DNA of 63,317 bases, counting the filler, from Olpidium bornovanus S191 (Eukaryota; Fungi; Olpidiomycota): the NCBI GenBank assembly GCA_017911155.1. It is 27 parts of 27 records of this genome, joined end to end, with 100 filler letters (N's around TTAATTAATTAA, not from the genome) between each part and the next. Parts side by side here need not be neighbours in the genome. Positions count along the whole stretch, not along the records: positions 46,995 to 49,287 come from JAEFCI010002395.1; positions 49,388 to 50,541 come from JAEFCI010007896.1; positions 50,642 to 52,445 come from JAEFCI010001400.1; positions 52,546 to 54,474 come from JAEFCI010013487.1; positions 54,575 to 57,738 come from JAEFCI010003743.1; positions 57,839 to 61,935 come from JAEFCI010003769.1; 21 more parts are not named here. One strand, written 5' to 3'. A program made the translations under genes and the position numbers. The notes under the pieces were generated by a model. It was given only the letters and a program-made list of their open reading frames with translations. It did not search any database and was not told the DNA's origin. Of the stretch, positions 47,740 to 59,275 are shown piece after piece; position 1 is the stretch's first letter; each line of letters opens with the position of its first letter.

Positions 47740-49170
47740 ATGAGCTCCCCAAAGGGCTCCGCGCCGTCCGTCGAGGTCACCGCTTTGCTCGCGGACGAGG
47801 AGGACCGGAGGCTGCTCGCCTCGTTGTATGCCGCTGTGGCGCGGCGCATGAGGGAGGAAGTCCAGGAGGTCTGCCGCGTCACAGAGCGCAGCCGCCAGGC
47901 AGGCCGCGTCCCGCAAGGAGAGGCGCCGGGCCGGCCGGCATCGCAGCCCACTGCACCGCAGGCGCAAAACGCGGGCGCCGTCGCAATTTCCGCGAGCTCC
48001 AAGCAGCTCGGGCCTGACGACCTCGCCGGGGCGCTCAAGAGTTATTTGGAGTGGGAGAGGAAAACGCTCGCCGACGTCACGAAAGGGCTCCGGCTCGGCG
48101 ACCCGGCGACTTCCCGGCAGGGCGCCGCGCCAGGGAAGGATTCCGCGACGGATAATTATGAGAGCCTTGCCGAGCTCCGCTCTGACACGCGCCGCGGAAT
48201 CGCCGCGCACACCGTCGCGGCGCTGCTCTCGTCGCAGGCGTTCGACGCACGGTCGCGGACGTTTTTGCGGTTTGTGTCGCAAAATCTTAACATGAACTTT
48301 TACCCGGACGTGGTGGCCATCGAAACGGAGGTGGCTGCGCTGGTGCTGCAGGCTGCGAAGGACAACGCCGGTCTTTCGAGGGCGGGCGGCGAGGAAAAAC
48401 GGAAGCGTGAAGTGGAATCCAGGTTTTCCAGAAAGTGCAAACTCGGAATCGCCACCGCAGTCGGTGGTCTGGCTATCGGGCTCACTGGCGGATTGGCGGC
48501 GCCGCTCGTTGGCGCGGGTTTTGCCACAGTTCTTGGAGGGGTTGGAGTGGCGTCCACTGCAGGAGGCGCATTAATTGCGCATCTGGCCGCAAACCAACTG
48601 CTGGTCGCGGCTCTGTTCGGAGGATACGGGGCGCGTAAGTTTACTCTCACCCCACGTCGGAAGGTCAACGTACTGCAGGGGACGTCGGGAGCCGTAACGA
48701 TAAACCTGCGGCGGATGTCTTGCCGTCAGACATGAGCAAGAGCCACATCGCGAATAGGACGGCTCCCGTCAGCGATTTCGAATTCAGGAAGATCCACCAT
48801 CACAACCGGTTGCATGTCACGATCGGCATTTCTGGGTGGCTCACTGATCGAAACGAAGTGTTCGCGCCGTGGGATGTTTTTGAAGGGCCAGGCGAAGGCG
48901 CTGGAGATTTGTATGCTCTTCAATGGGTAAGTGTGCTCGTGAACTCTGCGGCATTTGTTCTGCGACATTGCAATACTAGCAAACCTTGACCTTCGGGCAG
49001 GAACTTGAGGCGATAACGGCTCTCGGAAGTGCGCTTCGGGAGATGTTAAAGGCAAAGGCAGTGGCGTACGTCCAAACGGAGATCATCAAGCGCACGGTAT
49101 TTGCTTCTCTCTATTCAGCACTCTGGCCCATTGGCTTAATGAAGTGCGCCCAGCTGATCGATAATCCATG
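47740..49170 (+). CDS. DUF726/TMCO4 (Mil1-like) protein, 5' part (exons 47740-48634, 48730-48926, 49001-49170)
   Basis: FDARSRTFL; GIATAVGGLAIGLTGGLAAPLVGAG; LFGGYGA; VTIGISGWL; LYALQW|E; LWPIGLMKCAQLIDNPW. Confidence 0.88.
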
Positions 49171-49572
49171 GTGTTTCTGGAAGCCATACTTCTGAGTGGA
49201 AGGCTGACAAAGATGGCATCCCAATAAAGTTTTCTTAACTCTTGAAATTACCTAGTAAGCATCAATAGAAGGCGCCGAACCCTTCCANNNNNNNNNNNNN
49301 NNNNNNNNNNNNNNNNNNNNNNNNNNNNNNNTTAATTAATTAANNNNNNNNNNNNNNNNNNNNNNNNNNNNNNNNNNNNNNNNNNNNACACCGGGCCTCC
49401 TTCCTCCCCACCTCCCCAGTCCCGACCGAAAAAACGGGCGGAGGCGAAAAACCCGGGAAAAAAAAAAAAAAAAAAAAAAAAAAGAATAAAGGGAGGAAAA
49501 AAGCTTCTCGTGTGCGTCGACTTCCCTCGCGCGCGACACAACCCGGCCCGCTCTGCTCTCCCCCCAAAATTT

Positions 49573-49619
<47 letters not shown>

Positions 49620-49686
49620 CCTCTCTCTCTCTCTCTTCTCCGTCCGGCAGGCGGAGAACACACACAACAACAGCGCGGGGAGAAAG

Positions 49687-49725
<39 letters not shown>

Positions 49726-50113
49726 AAGAAAGCGCTAATCGAACGCCCGGAGCCTCCCCCGCACACGCCCTCCCTTTCTCGGCGTCAGAAATTTCTGGTG
49801 GGGACTGTGTGGGGGCCGTGATCGACGGGAGCAGCGTGGTTATCCACAACCCGTTCAAAAGTCTCCCCCACCCTCTTCCTTTTTCCCGCTCCCTCAGTCA
49901 CCGCCATACTCTGTCCAGTTGTCGAATTCACCGCCCGACACTTTTTGGCGCCGGATCCCACCGATCGGTTTGGCAAGCCGGGAGTCTGCGCTCGTGCCGG
50001 GTCAGCCGACTCTGGGGGAAGGGGGAGGGGAGGGGGGGGGGGCGTGTAGAAAAGGGGGGGCAAAGCACGCATGGCACCGCGCACATCCATCCCCTGGACC
50101 GGAGACTTTCCAT

Positions 50114-50541
50114 GGAAGAACCATGGAAGAAGAACGCCACCCTCGCCAGCAATTCAGCGCAAGTGCTGTCCTAGACGAAGGGAGACCACGGTATGCACCA
50201 GGCATGCCCGGGGCACTCCAGGAGACACCTGAGACGCCCCACGGAGAGACGGAGATGGCGTACGACGACGACCGAGCGTACTACGCAACGGCAGACAACA
50301 AGAGAGGGCGCGCCAAAGTTTGGGCGTTGCGTGACGGCACCACGGCTGCTCGCAGCGAGTCAAGGGATTCCATTGACCAAGCTGTCGACGCAATCTCGGA
50401 GAGTCGTTGACTCCATCCTCTGGAGCGAGAGAGGACACGCCAGGAGGCGCAACGAAGAGCTGACGTCGACGCAGAAGTGCGAACGCTTCGTCAGCAAGTC
50501 CACACGCTGACGGCACAAGTGCAAAACTACCAACGAACGAT
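50114..50541 (+). mobile_element. Possible decayed retroelement gag N-terminus
   Basis: MEEERHPRQ...ISESR*LHPLERERTRQEAQRRADVDAEVRTLRQQV; in-frame TGA at 50408; coiled-coil composition only. Confidence 0.3.
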
Positions 50542-50641
50542 NNNNNNNNNNNNNNNNNNNNNNNNNNNNNNNNNNNNNNNNNNNNTTAATTAATTAANNN
50601 NNNNNNNNNNNNNNNNNNNNNNNNNNNNNNNNNNNNNNNNN

Positions 50642-52223
50642 CCCTACCGCGCCCTCCAGTGCCCGTGCCGACGAACTCTCTTCGATGGACCCTTCGAAGA
50701 GGGGCACGGCGCTCGGCTCTTCCGATTCTTCCCCTACTCCTCCTCCCTTTGCTGCCCCCGCCTCGTTCCAGGGAGCGCGCCGACGCCGTTCGTAGGCGCC
50801 GTGGTCACAAGGCAGCCGATGTCGCTAGTATTTCCCGAGCGCCTGTACCCGTAGTCCGAACCCCGAACAAAAATAAAACAAAAACCAAGAACGCCGTAAC
50901 CATCTACAGGTTATGAGCCCAACCCGGACTCCCTTCCCACACCCCTAAAAACCCCGTCGACCCGTCAACAACTGAAGAGGAATCATGGAGGGACAGAACC
51001 CCGTGAAGGGCACGTCAGCAGACGCCATGGGACGCGGCGGACAGCAAGGAACGAAGGTAAGTGCGAGAAGCACATACCCCATGGTGTCCCAGCTCTTTGA
51101 GGACGCAGGAAAGGGCGAACGCGCGGGAAGCGCCGTGCCCAGGGAAAGGGGTGACCGCGGGCAAAGCGCAGTGACCACAGTGAAGGGTGACCGCGCAGGG
51201 AACCCGGAACTCGGATGTACGGAAAGCACCATCGACACGAAAAAGGGCGACCGCACGGGAAGTGCGGGTGGCGCGCAAGGCGCAGCCACATAAAGGTAAG
51301 GGAAAACCGTGTGCGAAGCGCAGGAAGTGCAGAAACACTGGAAGCACGATTTGAACAACTTCTCCTCGAACGGGAGGAGGAAAAACGCGCTGCCCGCGAG
51401 CAACTAAACCTTCAACGCGCACAGTTGGATGCCCAGCGGGCGCAAATGGAACAGCTAACCATCCTACTACAGCAGCAGCTGGCGGCACCCCGAACGAGAT
51501 GCCAGGGTTCCGTACCACAGGACCTTGACGAAGACGACTACCGTGACGAGACTGAATCAGTCGCTTCGTCTTCCCAGGTGCGGATATGCCCCTCTGTCGT
51601 GACTAACCTCTCTTCTCTCGAGAGACACCCCCGCGCTCGAACTCAAACAAACCGCGGCGGACAGGAAAGCAACGACGAAGAATATAGCAGTCCGCACACC
51701 GCTGTGTGGCAAGTAAAACAACTGCTAGCCGATGTGCCTAAGTACGATGGCCATGGCGGAGCCGACCTATTGGAAGTTTTCATCGAGAAGTTCGATACCT
51801 ACGATGTCCAGAGTGGACGGCTTGTTTCTACCACTATGAAACTAAACCAAGCGGTTCAAAAACTCGCGAAAAAAGCCCCAAAGTTCTGGCTTGCGCATTC
51901 TCGCAAGCACCCACAGGGCGACCCAGAGCGCATAAGTACCTGGGGAGAACTGCGTACCGTGCTGCGTAAACATTTTTACCCCTTTAACTATGAAGAGCAA
52001 CTGTGTACCAAGTTAGCAGACATGAACTTCTCAAAATATGCTAACGTTTCTTCATACATAGACGCATTTAACGGAGTTTTTATGCAGATCCCGGACGCCG
52101 AAGAGGACGACAAGCAGTATATGCTGATGTTTAAACGAGGACTACCAAAACTTCTTCAGGAGAGGTACACCTACCTCCCGAAGCAATCCGTCGATCTGCA
52201 AGAAATGCAAAACTATGCGGTGC
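50642..52223 (+). mobile_element. LTR retrotransposon 5' part: LTR end (to 50908), PBS GGTTATGAGCCC (50909-50920), Ty3/gypsy-type gag (from 50985, frameshift near 51285)
   Basis: AATAAA..TCTACA abutting the PBS; VPKYDGHGG..FIEKFDTY; ISTWGELRTVLRKHFYPFNYEEQLCTKL; SSYIDAF; FKRGLP. Confidence 0.85.
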
Positions 52224-52445
52224 TGTGCTGTCGCACGGCCCTCAAACCGCCCGTCGACCGACGCCACGGAAGGCGGGCGGCGGGCGAAGGCGGGCGGCGG
52301 ACGAGGGGCGGCAGGCGAAGGGCACAGGGCAAAGGGCGAGAGGCGGTCGAAGGGCGGGGGCGGCGGCGGGATCGAGGGCAGGGCGGCCCCCGAACCCGGG
52401 GGCCGACCAATAGAATAGCCCCCCTCGAAGCCCGCCAATCGAAGA
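52224..52445 (+). mobile_element. GC-rich interspersed repeat, copy 2
   Basis: TGTGCTGTCGCACGGCCCTCAAACCGCCCGTCGA...GCCCGCCAATCGAAGA matches the reverse complement of 20594-20798. Confidence 0.8.
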
Positions 52446-52564
52446 NNNNNNNNNNNNNNNNNNNNNNNNNNNNNNNNNNNNNNNNNNNNTTAATTAATTA
52501 ANNNNNNNNNNNNNNNNNNNNNNNNNNNNNNNNNNNNNNNNNNNNAAAGGGGGTTTGGGGGGGG

Positions 52565-52599
<35 letters not shown>

Positions 52600-52633
52600 C
52601 GCCCCCGCCCGACGGTGCTCGTCCGCCGCACAT

Positions 52634-53964
52634 ATGCTGCTCCTTCGCCGGCGGTGGTCCCCCGGCCCCAGCCGGCGGCTGTTCCCGGAACAGCGGGTAC
52701 CTCCCCCTCCGCGCCGCCGCCTCGCCTCCGCCGCCGCCGCCGCGCTCGCCGACGAAGACCCCCTGCACGCCGGCGACAGGTTCGCCGCGGTCCCGCGGAG
52801 GGCGTTCGTCGAGGTGGAGGGCCCCGAGGCCGCCAAGTTCCTGCAGGGCCTGTGCACGAACCACGTGCCGCTCATCCAGAACGGGGGCGACGGATTCTTC
52901 GCAGCGTTCCTGTCCCCGCAGGTAACGCCCGCGCGCGAACCACGTCCCCTCCCTCCCCCTTTCAACCGGGCGCGCGGGGAGGGAAGGGGGAAGGGGAAGG
53001 GGTGGAGGGCGCGGGAGCGTCGCAGGGCGCCGGCGTCACGCCGACCCCGCACCCAAAGCAGCCGGGTCGCTCCTTCCCCAGTGAACAGCTTGCCGCGCGC
53101 TCGAGCGTCTGCATGTCGTCGCCGGCGCCCCCGTCGAACCGAGCTTTCGGCGTTTTCGCCGCCGGCAACCCCCCCCTTCCTTACTTTTTCGTTTTCTCGA
53201 ACCGGCAGGGCCGCGTGCTCCACGACGTGTTCATATACCCCCGCAACGTGGGCCGGGACTTTCCGCACCCGCTGTTCCTGATCGAGTGCGACTCGGAGAC
53301 CAAACCCGACCTCGTGTCCCACCTGCGCAAGTACCTCCTCCGGACCAAGGCCGCTGTCCGCGACCCGGAGCCCGGCGCCTACCGCGCGTGGTCGGTGTGG
53401 GGCCCGGGCACGGCGCCGGCGCACCAGCACCAGCAGCACGCGGCGGCCGGGGCGGCGGCGCCGGGGCCCGGCGCGAGGCTCATACTGAAGGAGCGGCGGT
53501 GGTCCGAGATCGGATGCCGGGACGTCAGGGCGCCCGGCATGGGCCTGAGGCTGGTGGTGCCGGACGACGGCGAGCGTGAGTAAACGAGAGGGCAGAACGG
53601 ACCTGTTCGCTTTTTTTTTTTGAAGTCGGGGGGGGGGGTGTCGGATATGTATGCGCGCGTATAAACTATATACGTACCTAGGACGATGTTGGCCTCTCCG
53701 GCGGGAACGGCGACGCACGGGGAGTGCGCGCTGTCCGTTTCCGACGGTGCGGCCTCGCGTCCACTAATGCGGGGAGTCCCTTCGGTTTGCCTCGTGATCC
53801 CCAAGTCAGGCTACCGTCCACGTTTTCAGAACTGCCCCCCGCGGAATACACCGTACGCCGGATCTTGAAGGGCGTGCCGGAGGGCGCCGACGACCTCGCA
53901 CCGGGCCAAGCGCTGCCGCTGGAGTCGAACTTCGATTATATGGGCGGAAGTCAGTTTACCCGTC

Positions 53965-54006
<42 letters not shown>

Positions 54007-54474
54007 TTTTTGCTCGCGCGCGGATGCTCCCGTTATTGACGGCATTCCCCGTGACGGCCTTCGGTTCTGACGGGTTCCTCTTCACCCCCGTTTCAGTCGA
54101 CTTCCGAAAGGGCTGCTACGTGGGGCAGGAGCTTACGATCCGGACGTACCACACGGGCGTCACACGCAAGCGGATCATGCCCGTCCGGCTCGCGCGCCAG
54201 GGCGACGAGCCGTATGTGTGGCAGCAAACGCGTTAGGCGTTGGGATCAAAGGCGAAGACGCCAACCCAAGATTAAACCCCCCCCCCCCCAACACCCTCCC
54301 CTCGCCCCTCCAGCGTCGGCACCCTCCGCGTCGACCGCTCGGTGGAACCTCCGCCCGCCGTACGACCGGGCGCGGACCTGGTGTTGAGGACAGCGGCGAT
54401 TCCGCCTTCTTCGGCGCCGGCGGAGCCTTCCAACGCCCGCAGGAGGCAGCGAGCCGTCGGGCGGCTTGGGACTT
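52634..54474 (+). CDS. IBA57: Mitochondrial Fe-S assembly factor IBA57/Caf17, 3' truncated (exons 52634-52921, 53209-53575, 53806-53949, 54097-54211, 54314-54474)
   Basis: [13 protein letters not shown]; FLSPQ|GRVLHDVF; [26 protein letters not shown] (KGCYxGQE motif). Confidence 0.93.
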
Positions 54475-55022
54475 NNNNNNNNNNNNNNNNNNNNNNNNNN
54501 NNNNNNNNNNNNNNNNNNTTAATTAATTAANNNNNNNNNNNNNNNNNNNNNNNNNNNNNNNNNNNNNNNNNNNNCATGCGGAATACCATAACCCTTTAAA
54601 CTTTCCCCTAAGGCTACCCCCCAAGGTCTGACCTCTGGATCGAACTTCAAAGCCCAAAGTCTAACTAACCACCCTTGTCATAGTCCAACCCTATTGAAGG
54701 TCTGGTCGGATTGTGTACAACGCAGTCCAAATCATATGGCCTGCTGGAAAAAAGGGCCTCCCTGCCCTCCTTAGAAAATAAATAAACAACGACGGAATAC
54801 AGCTTCCCTAGAGCTCTTTTCAAGCCAGAAAACTTCCCGTATTCCACAGGGAGGGGGGTGCAAATAAGAGGGGACTTTTCATAAATCCCCCACAAACCCA
54901 CACCACGTTGACGTCCAACCAGCTCGACACACACACACGACGGCTCCCCGAACCCCCTTTTTCCCCGTCACGAGACGTCACGCGGGCAGAAAAAAAAACA
55001 TTCGTAAGCAGGGTGATTTCTC

Positions 55023-56731
55023 TCACTTTTTAAAGTTAACCGAATACCCCCCTTCGCCGTTGGGAACCATCTGGAAGTTTTCGGTCGAGAGACCGAACTT
55101 CCCGAGGATGCTGTTTCCGAGGCCTTTCAATTTGCCTTTTTTTGGATTTTGTCGTCCAAATGCGCGATTTGGTTCGTCGCGCAGGTAGGCGTGTGCAGAT
55201 AAAGGAGGAGAGTCAGAAAGCCGGCCGGCATGTTCGACCGTCGACGGGAAGTAAATCGCTCGAGCGTTTTGAGGCGGTTCAGACCCTAAATCTCCCCCCC
55301 TCCCCTTCCCCCTTCCCCCTCCAATTGTCCAAAACCGCCCCCACCGATCATTTCCTCTTTCTCCTTCTGTTGCTGCATCTCTATCCGCGGTGGCAGCCGC
55401 TCGATTGCGAGCCGGGCCTCCTTCGCCGTCGCGTCGAGTTCGCCAAGCTTCTTGTAGTCTTTTTTTTTGGAAATCGGAAAGAGAACGCGTTCGGCAGAAC
55501 AGGTTTACGAAAATTGCGCGTTGTTTTCTTTTTTTTCCGTCCCCCGTTTCGCTTCGCTTCCGCACTAAACGCTCTCGGCCAGATTTTGGCAAACTGTAGA
55601 CCACGTCCGGATGGAAATCCCCCTCCCCCACCCAGCAATACCTTCGAGAGAGGACGTCAAGGAAGACCAGGACCCTATCCGCTCATTGGCCTGCGCCCGT
55701 CGCAGCAGCGCCTTAGTGTACGTGGGGTTCGCCGCCAAGGCTACGACGCGGCGGAGGCGCCACCGCCGTTCCGGATAGACAAATTGACAAAAGAACCGCT
55801 TCAGCCTTCCCCCGCGCGCTCCCAGGGACAACCGGGCGAGGGCGCGAGACGGTGACAAACTGCTGACTGCGCACCGTCTGTCGCTTTCGCGACTGCTTCC
55901 GCATATTTTTCCTGCGAGGAACCGGATTATGAGACCGGGAGCGTCACGCTTCCTCTCCCCTCTCCCAAGCCGCCACCACCTCGGGGCCCCTTCCCCACCA
56001 CCGGCCGCCGCCTCCGAGCGGGAAGACAACCAGAGGAACCGGGAAGCAAGCTTTGGCCGAACCTGCTTCAGGTAACAGGCCGCCATGTTGCCCAAGACGA
56101 GAGCGCGCTCCGGCCGGTCGACCGGGAGGAGGTCGACCGCCTCCCTGTAAACGTCGAGAGCATCGTCGTACCGGCCGTCCGCAAACTTGACGTTCGCGTC
56201 GATTCTGAGATCGTTTGCCCGCGCGACAAGTTTCTGAAGGTCGGAGGAAGGAGGGGGGAGGGGGGGAGGGGAAATGTGGTCGCGAACCGTCAACGTGTGG
56301 AAGTTTACGACCTTACCAAAAAGGAAGGATCCCGGCAACCGGTTCCGCAAAAAACCTCGAGGAAAAAAGGAAATAAGAGCACCACGTCCCACCCCTCCCC
56401 CCCCGCCCTCTTCCCCGTCGCCTCTCTCCGTCCGTACGTCAACGTCTTCTCCGTTCGACTGATCCGTCGCGGCAGGGTGTGTTGCTGTCCCGGTCGCCCC
56501 CGACGCGGCGGCGCTTGGCCGGCTCTCGCCGCGCGCGCCAGACGCAGCCGACAAGCCTGGGCCCCGCGCCTCCTCCGATTTCGGCTCCGCGCAGGACGGG
56601 CCGTCGGTCAGAACGCCGCCCGGGCACCCCGCGGCTCCTCCTCGGCGGCCCGCCCGGCGTTCCTCGTGCGTCGCGACCGCCTGCGCCGGAGCAGCGCAAG
56701 CGGCGGCGGCGGCGTCCTCCTCGACGGTCAT
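55023..56731 (-). CDS. TTC1: Tetratricopeptide repeat protein 1 (about 6 exons)
   Basis: TPRs (GRYDDALDVY; LGNMAACYLKQ; NPTYTKALLRRAQANE); C-terminus [44 protein letters not shown] typical of TTC1. Confidence 0.88.
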
Positions 56732-57199
56732 TGGTGCAAGGCGCGGGGGGGGGAGGGGGGGGGTTGGCGGCGAGGCGTCGTGGAGGGGGGAGGGGCACGA
56801 GGTGGGTTCGCGCGCGCTCAGCCTTTCTCCTCCTTCCTAGTCCTCTCGCGCCCCGGCCCTGTCCGGGGAAGCGGGGGAAGAAGGGAATTTTTGTTTTAAA
56901 TTATGTTTTTTTCCGGACGCACTTTTCTTACTGTTATGATTTCCTGGGTGCTGCGCGCGAGCGAGCGAGCGAGAGTGAGACGCTGGTTGTTGTTGCGCGA
57001 GTTGTGAGCAATAAACACACGCGCGTGCATGCCGTGCTCTGTACGGCACGACGCACTGCGAAGAGGTGATCTCCGGCTTTTCGGCCTCCCCCTCCACTCG
57101 CCCCTTGCGAATTGGGGGCACGGCGGCGTTTGTCGGCTCGCACTTTCACGATTCGTCGGCCGTCATGTCACATCTTTCTGCAATCGCATCGGAGGTTGG

Positions 57200-57738
57200 A
57201 ACCCAAAGGTGTTATGACATTCAAGTTCCCGAGTAGCCGACTACATCCAACATTTCAGCCGTTCGCACGAGCTTCCTGGGATCCCGCAGTCCCTCGTGGG
57301 ATATAACCGTGGGCGATGCTCCCGATGATGCGGAGATGGTCAAGGTTTGATGGCCCAGGGCTTGAAAAACGCGAGACACGGCAGACGTCTGTCTAGGTAT
57401 TGGTGCAGCGATCAGTTGTAGAGGTGTACAATTGTCCTCCATACCTCGTTCCATAGTTTGGATAGGAGACACGACACAATCATTTATGGCCCAAGCGTGG
57501 TCCGCTATCGTTCTGCTGATGCGCTCGGCCACTCCGTTTTGATCAGGGATATGCCTGACGGCCGTCTTGCAGCAGATTCCGCGTTGGCGCAGTTCTGCAA
57601 CGTACTAATTTCCGATAAATTTTTCTCCTCGATCTGACCGATGGATTTTTTCTCGTCAGCCGTTTATCTCGATGAACAGAAGGCAGTCCTGTAGGGCGAT
57701 ATGTGCCCCATCCTTGGTCGCGAGGCATTACGTCCATG
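57200..57738 (-). mobile_element. Decayed Ty1/copia integrase
   Basis: Across frameshifts: IHRSDRGE; HIPDQNGVAERISRTIAD; KLVRTA..VVGYSG. Confidence 0.75.
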
Positions 57739-57839
57739 NNNNNNNNNNNNNNNNNNNNNNNNNNNNNNNNNNNNNNNNNNNNTTAATTAATTAANNNNNN
57801 NNNNNNNNNNNNNNNNNNNNNNNNNNNNNNNNNNNNNNC

Positions 57840-57956
57840 ATGGACAAGTTCGAGCTCGTCGCGCCCAGCGAAGGTATCGAGGAGCACCGCCGGCGGATGC
57901 GGCTCGAGAACGCGGCGCTCAAAGCCGCCGGGATGCCGAGGAAGCGCTCGCTGTGA
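57840..57956 (+). CDS. C-terminal fragment of an unidentified gene
   Basis: MDKFELVAPSEGIEEHRRRMRLENAALKAAGMPRKRSL*; coding-like GC3; contig start. Confidence 0.4.
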   Translation: MDKFELVAPSEGIEEHRRRMRLENAALKAAGMPRKRSL

Positions 57957-58110
57957 GGTGTATAACTCGGGTATGATTTCCCCCCCCCCTCCCCGGGGGA
58001 AGGGGGGGGGTGGGGGGGGGGGAAGTCGTCAGCCGTGAAAACATTTATTTATTTTTTTATTTATTTTTTTTTTTTCCTTCTTCCTTTGTTCTGCGAAAGT
58101 CGCCCGATCT

Positions 58111-58141
<31 letters not shown>

Positions 58142-58429
58142 CCCTTGAAACGCAGCGCAGCGCGCGCGGTTTTCTCTCTCTCTGCTCTCTCTCTCTCTCT
58201 GCTCTCTCTCTCTCTCTGCTCTCGCCCTCTCTCTCTTCCCCCCCCGCCGCCGCCGCCGCCGCCTTTCGCGCGCAACTCACGCGGGCATCCCCCCCCCCCC
58301 CCTTCTCTTCCTCCTTCCCGGCTGAAAAGAGATAAACAAAAAAAAAAGAAACAAATAAAACACAAATGAAATAAAATCAAATAAAATCAAAACAAATTAA
58401 AATATAAAAAACACGGGTGGGCCTTTCGC

Positions 58430-58458
58430 GGTTGGAGAGAGAGAGATCACAAGAGGGC

Positions 58459-58494
<36 letters not shown>

Positions 58495-58550
58495 AGAGAG
58501 AGAGAGAACAGAGAGAGAACAAAGAGACTGCCAGAGACAGAGAGCAGAGA
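58430..58550. repeat. (AG)n-rich microsatellite
   Basis: Read directly. Confidence 0.85.
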
Positions 58551-59275
58551 GAGGCCGCGCCGGCTGCCCCGGCCGTGTGTTCCCGCGACGCCGCATGCGC
58601 GGCCGGCTCCACCCTCTCGGTTCGCTGCGACGGCCCCCTCCTCCGTCCCTGTCCCTGCTTTGCGCACCCGTGGCAAGCAAGCTGCGCATTGGCGGCGGTT
58701 TGGCACGAGAGCCCCGCAACCAGCCCACCCCCCGCACCAAACACCCGCAAATCCGGGCCCGCTCGCCCACGTCAGAACAGGCGGGGCTCTGCTGCTGGAC
58801 GCCAGCACACCTCGTCCCTTCCGGCCCACCACTTCCCGACTTCCGGCTGCCGAAGCGTCACGCGCCCTGGCGCTAAGAAACCCCCCCCCCCCCCCCCCCC
58901 CGCCGCCCCCCCCCCCCCCCCCCCCCCCGCAAAAACCCCCCCCCCCCCCCCCCCGGGGTACACAGGGACGCCCTCCCGCGCTGACACGAGATCAGCTCTC
59001 GCACACACTTTGCCCTCCGACCGTGACCAACCGGAACTTTGAAAAGCCCCGGGAACCTCGGGCCGCCGGAAGTGCGAGGCTGTACAGTACAGCCCGGCGG
59101 GGGCCCGGTTTTTAGTCACGGACCGCCCCCAGGGACCTTCTCTCACCCATGTCCCGCAGACGCGCCACGTTTACGAATGGCGCACGGGCGGGGCAATTGC
59201 GCTACTTGGGCACGTAAGAGGCGGGGAGTTTTCTCCCCTGGTGTGAGTAATATATGAAAGGGTGGGTTAGCATTA

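Noticed and set aside
49797-49815. TGGTGGGGACTGTG as a tRNA PBS
   Set aside because: Not preceded by an LTR-ending CA, and I cannot match it to a tRNA 3' end
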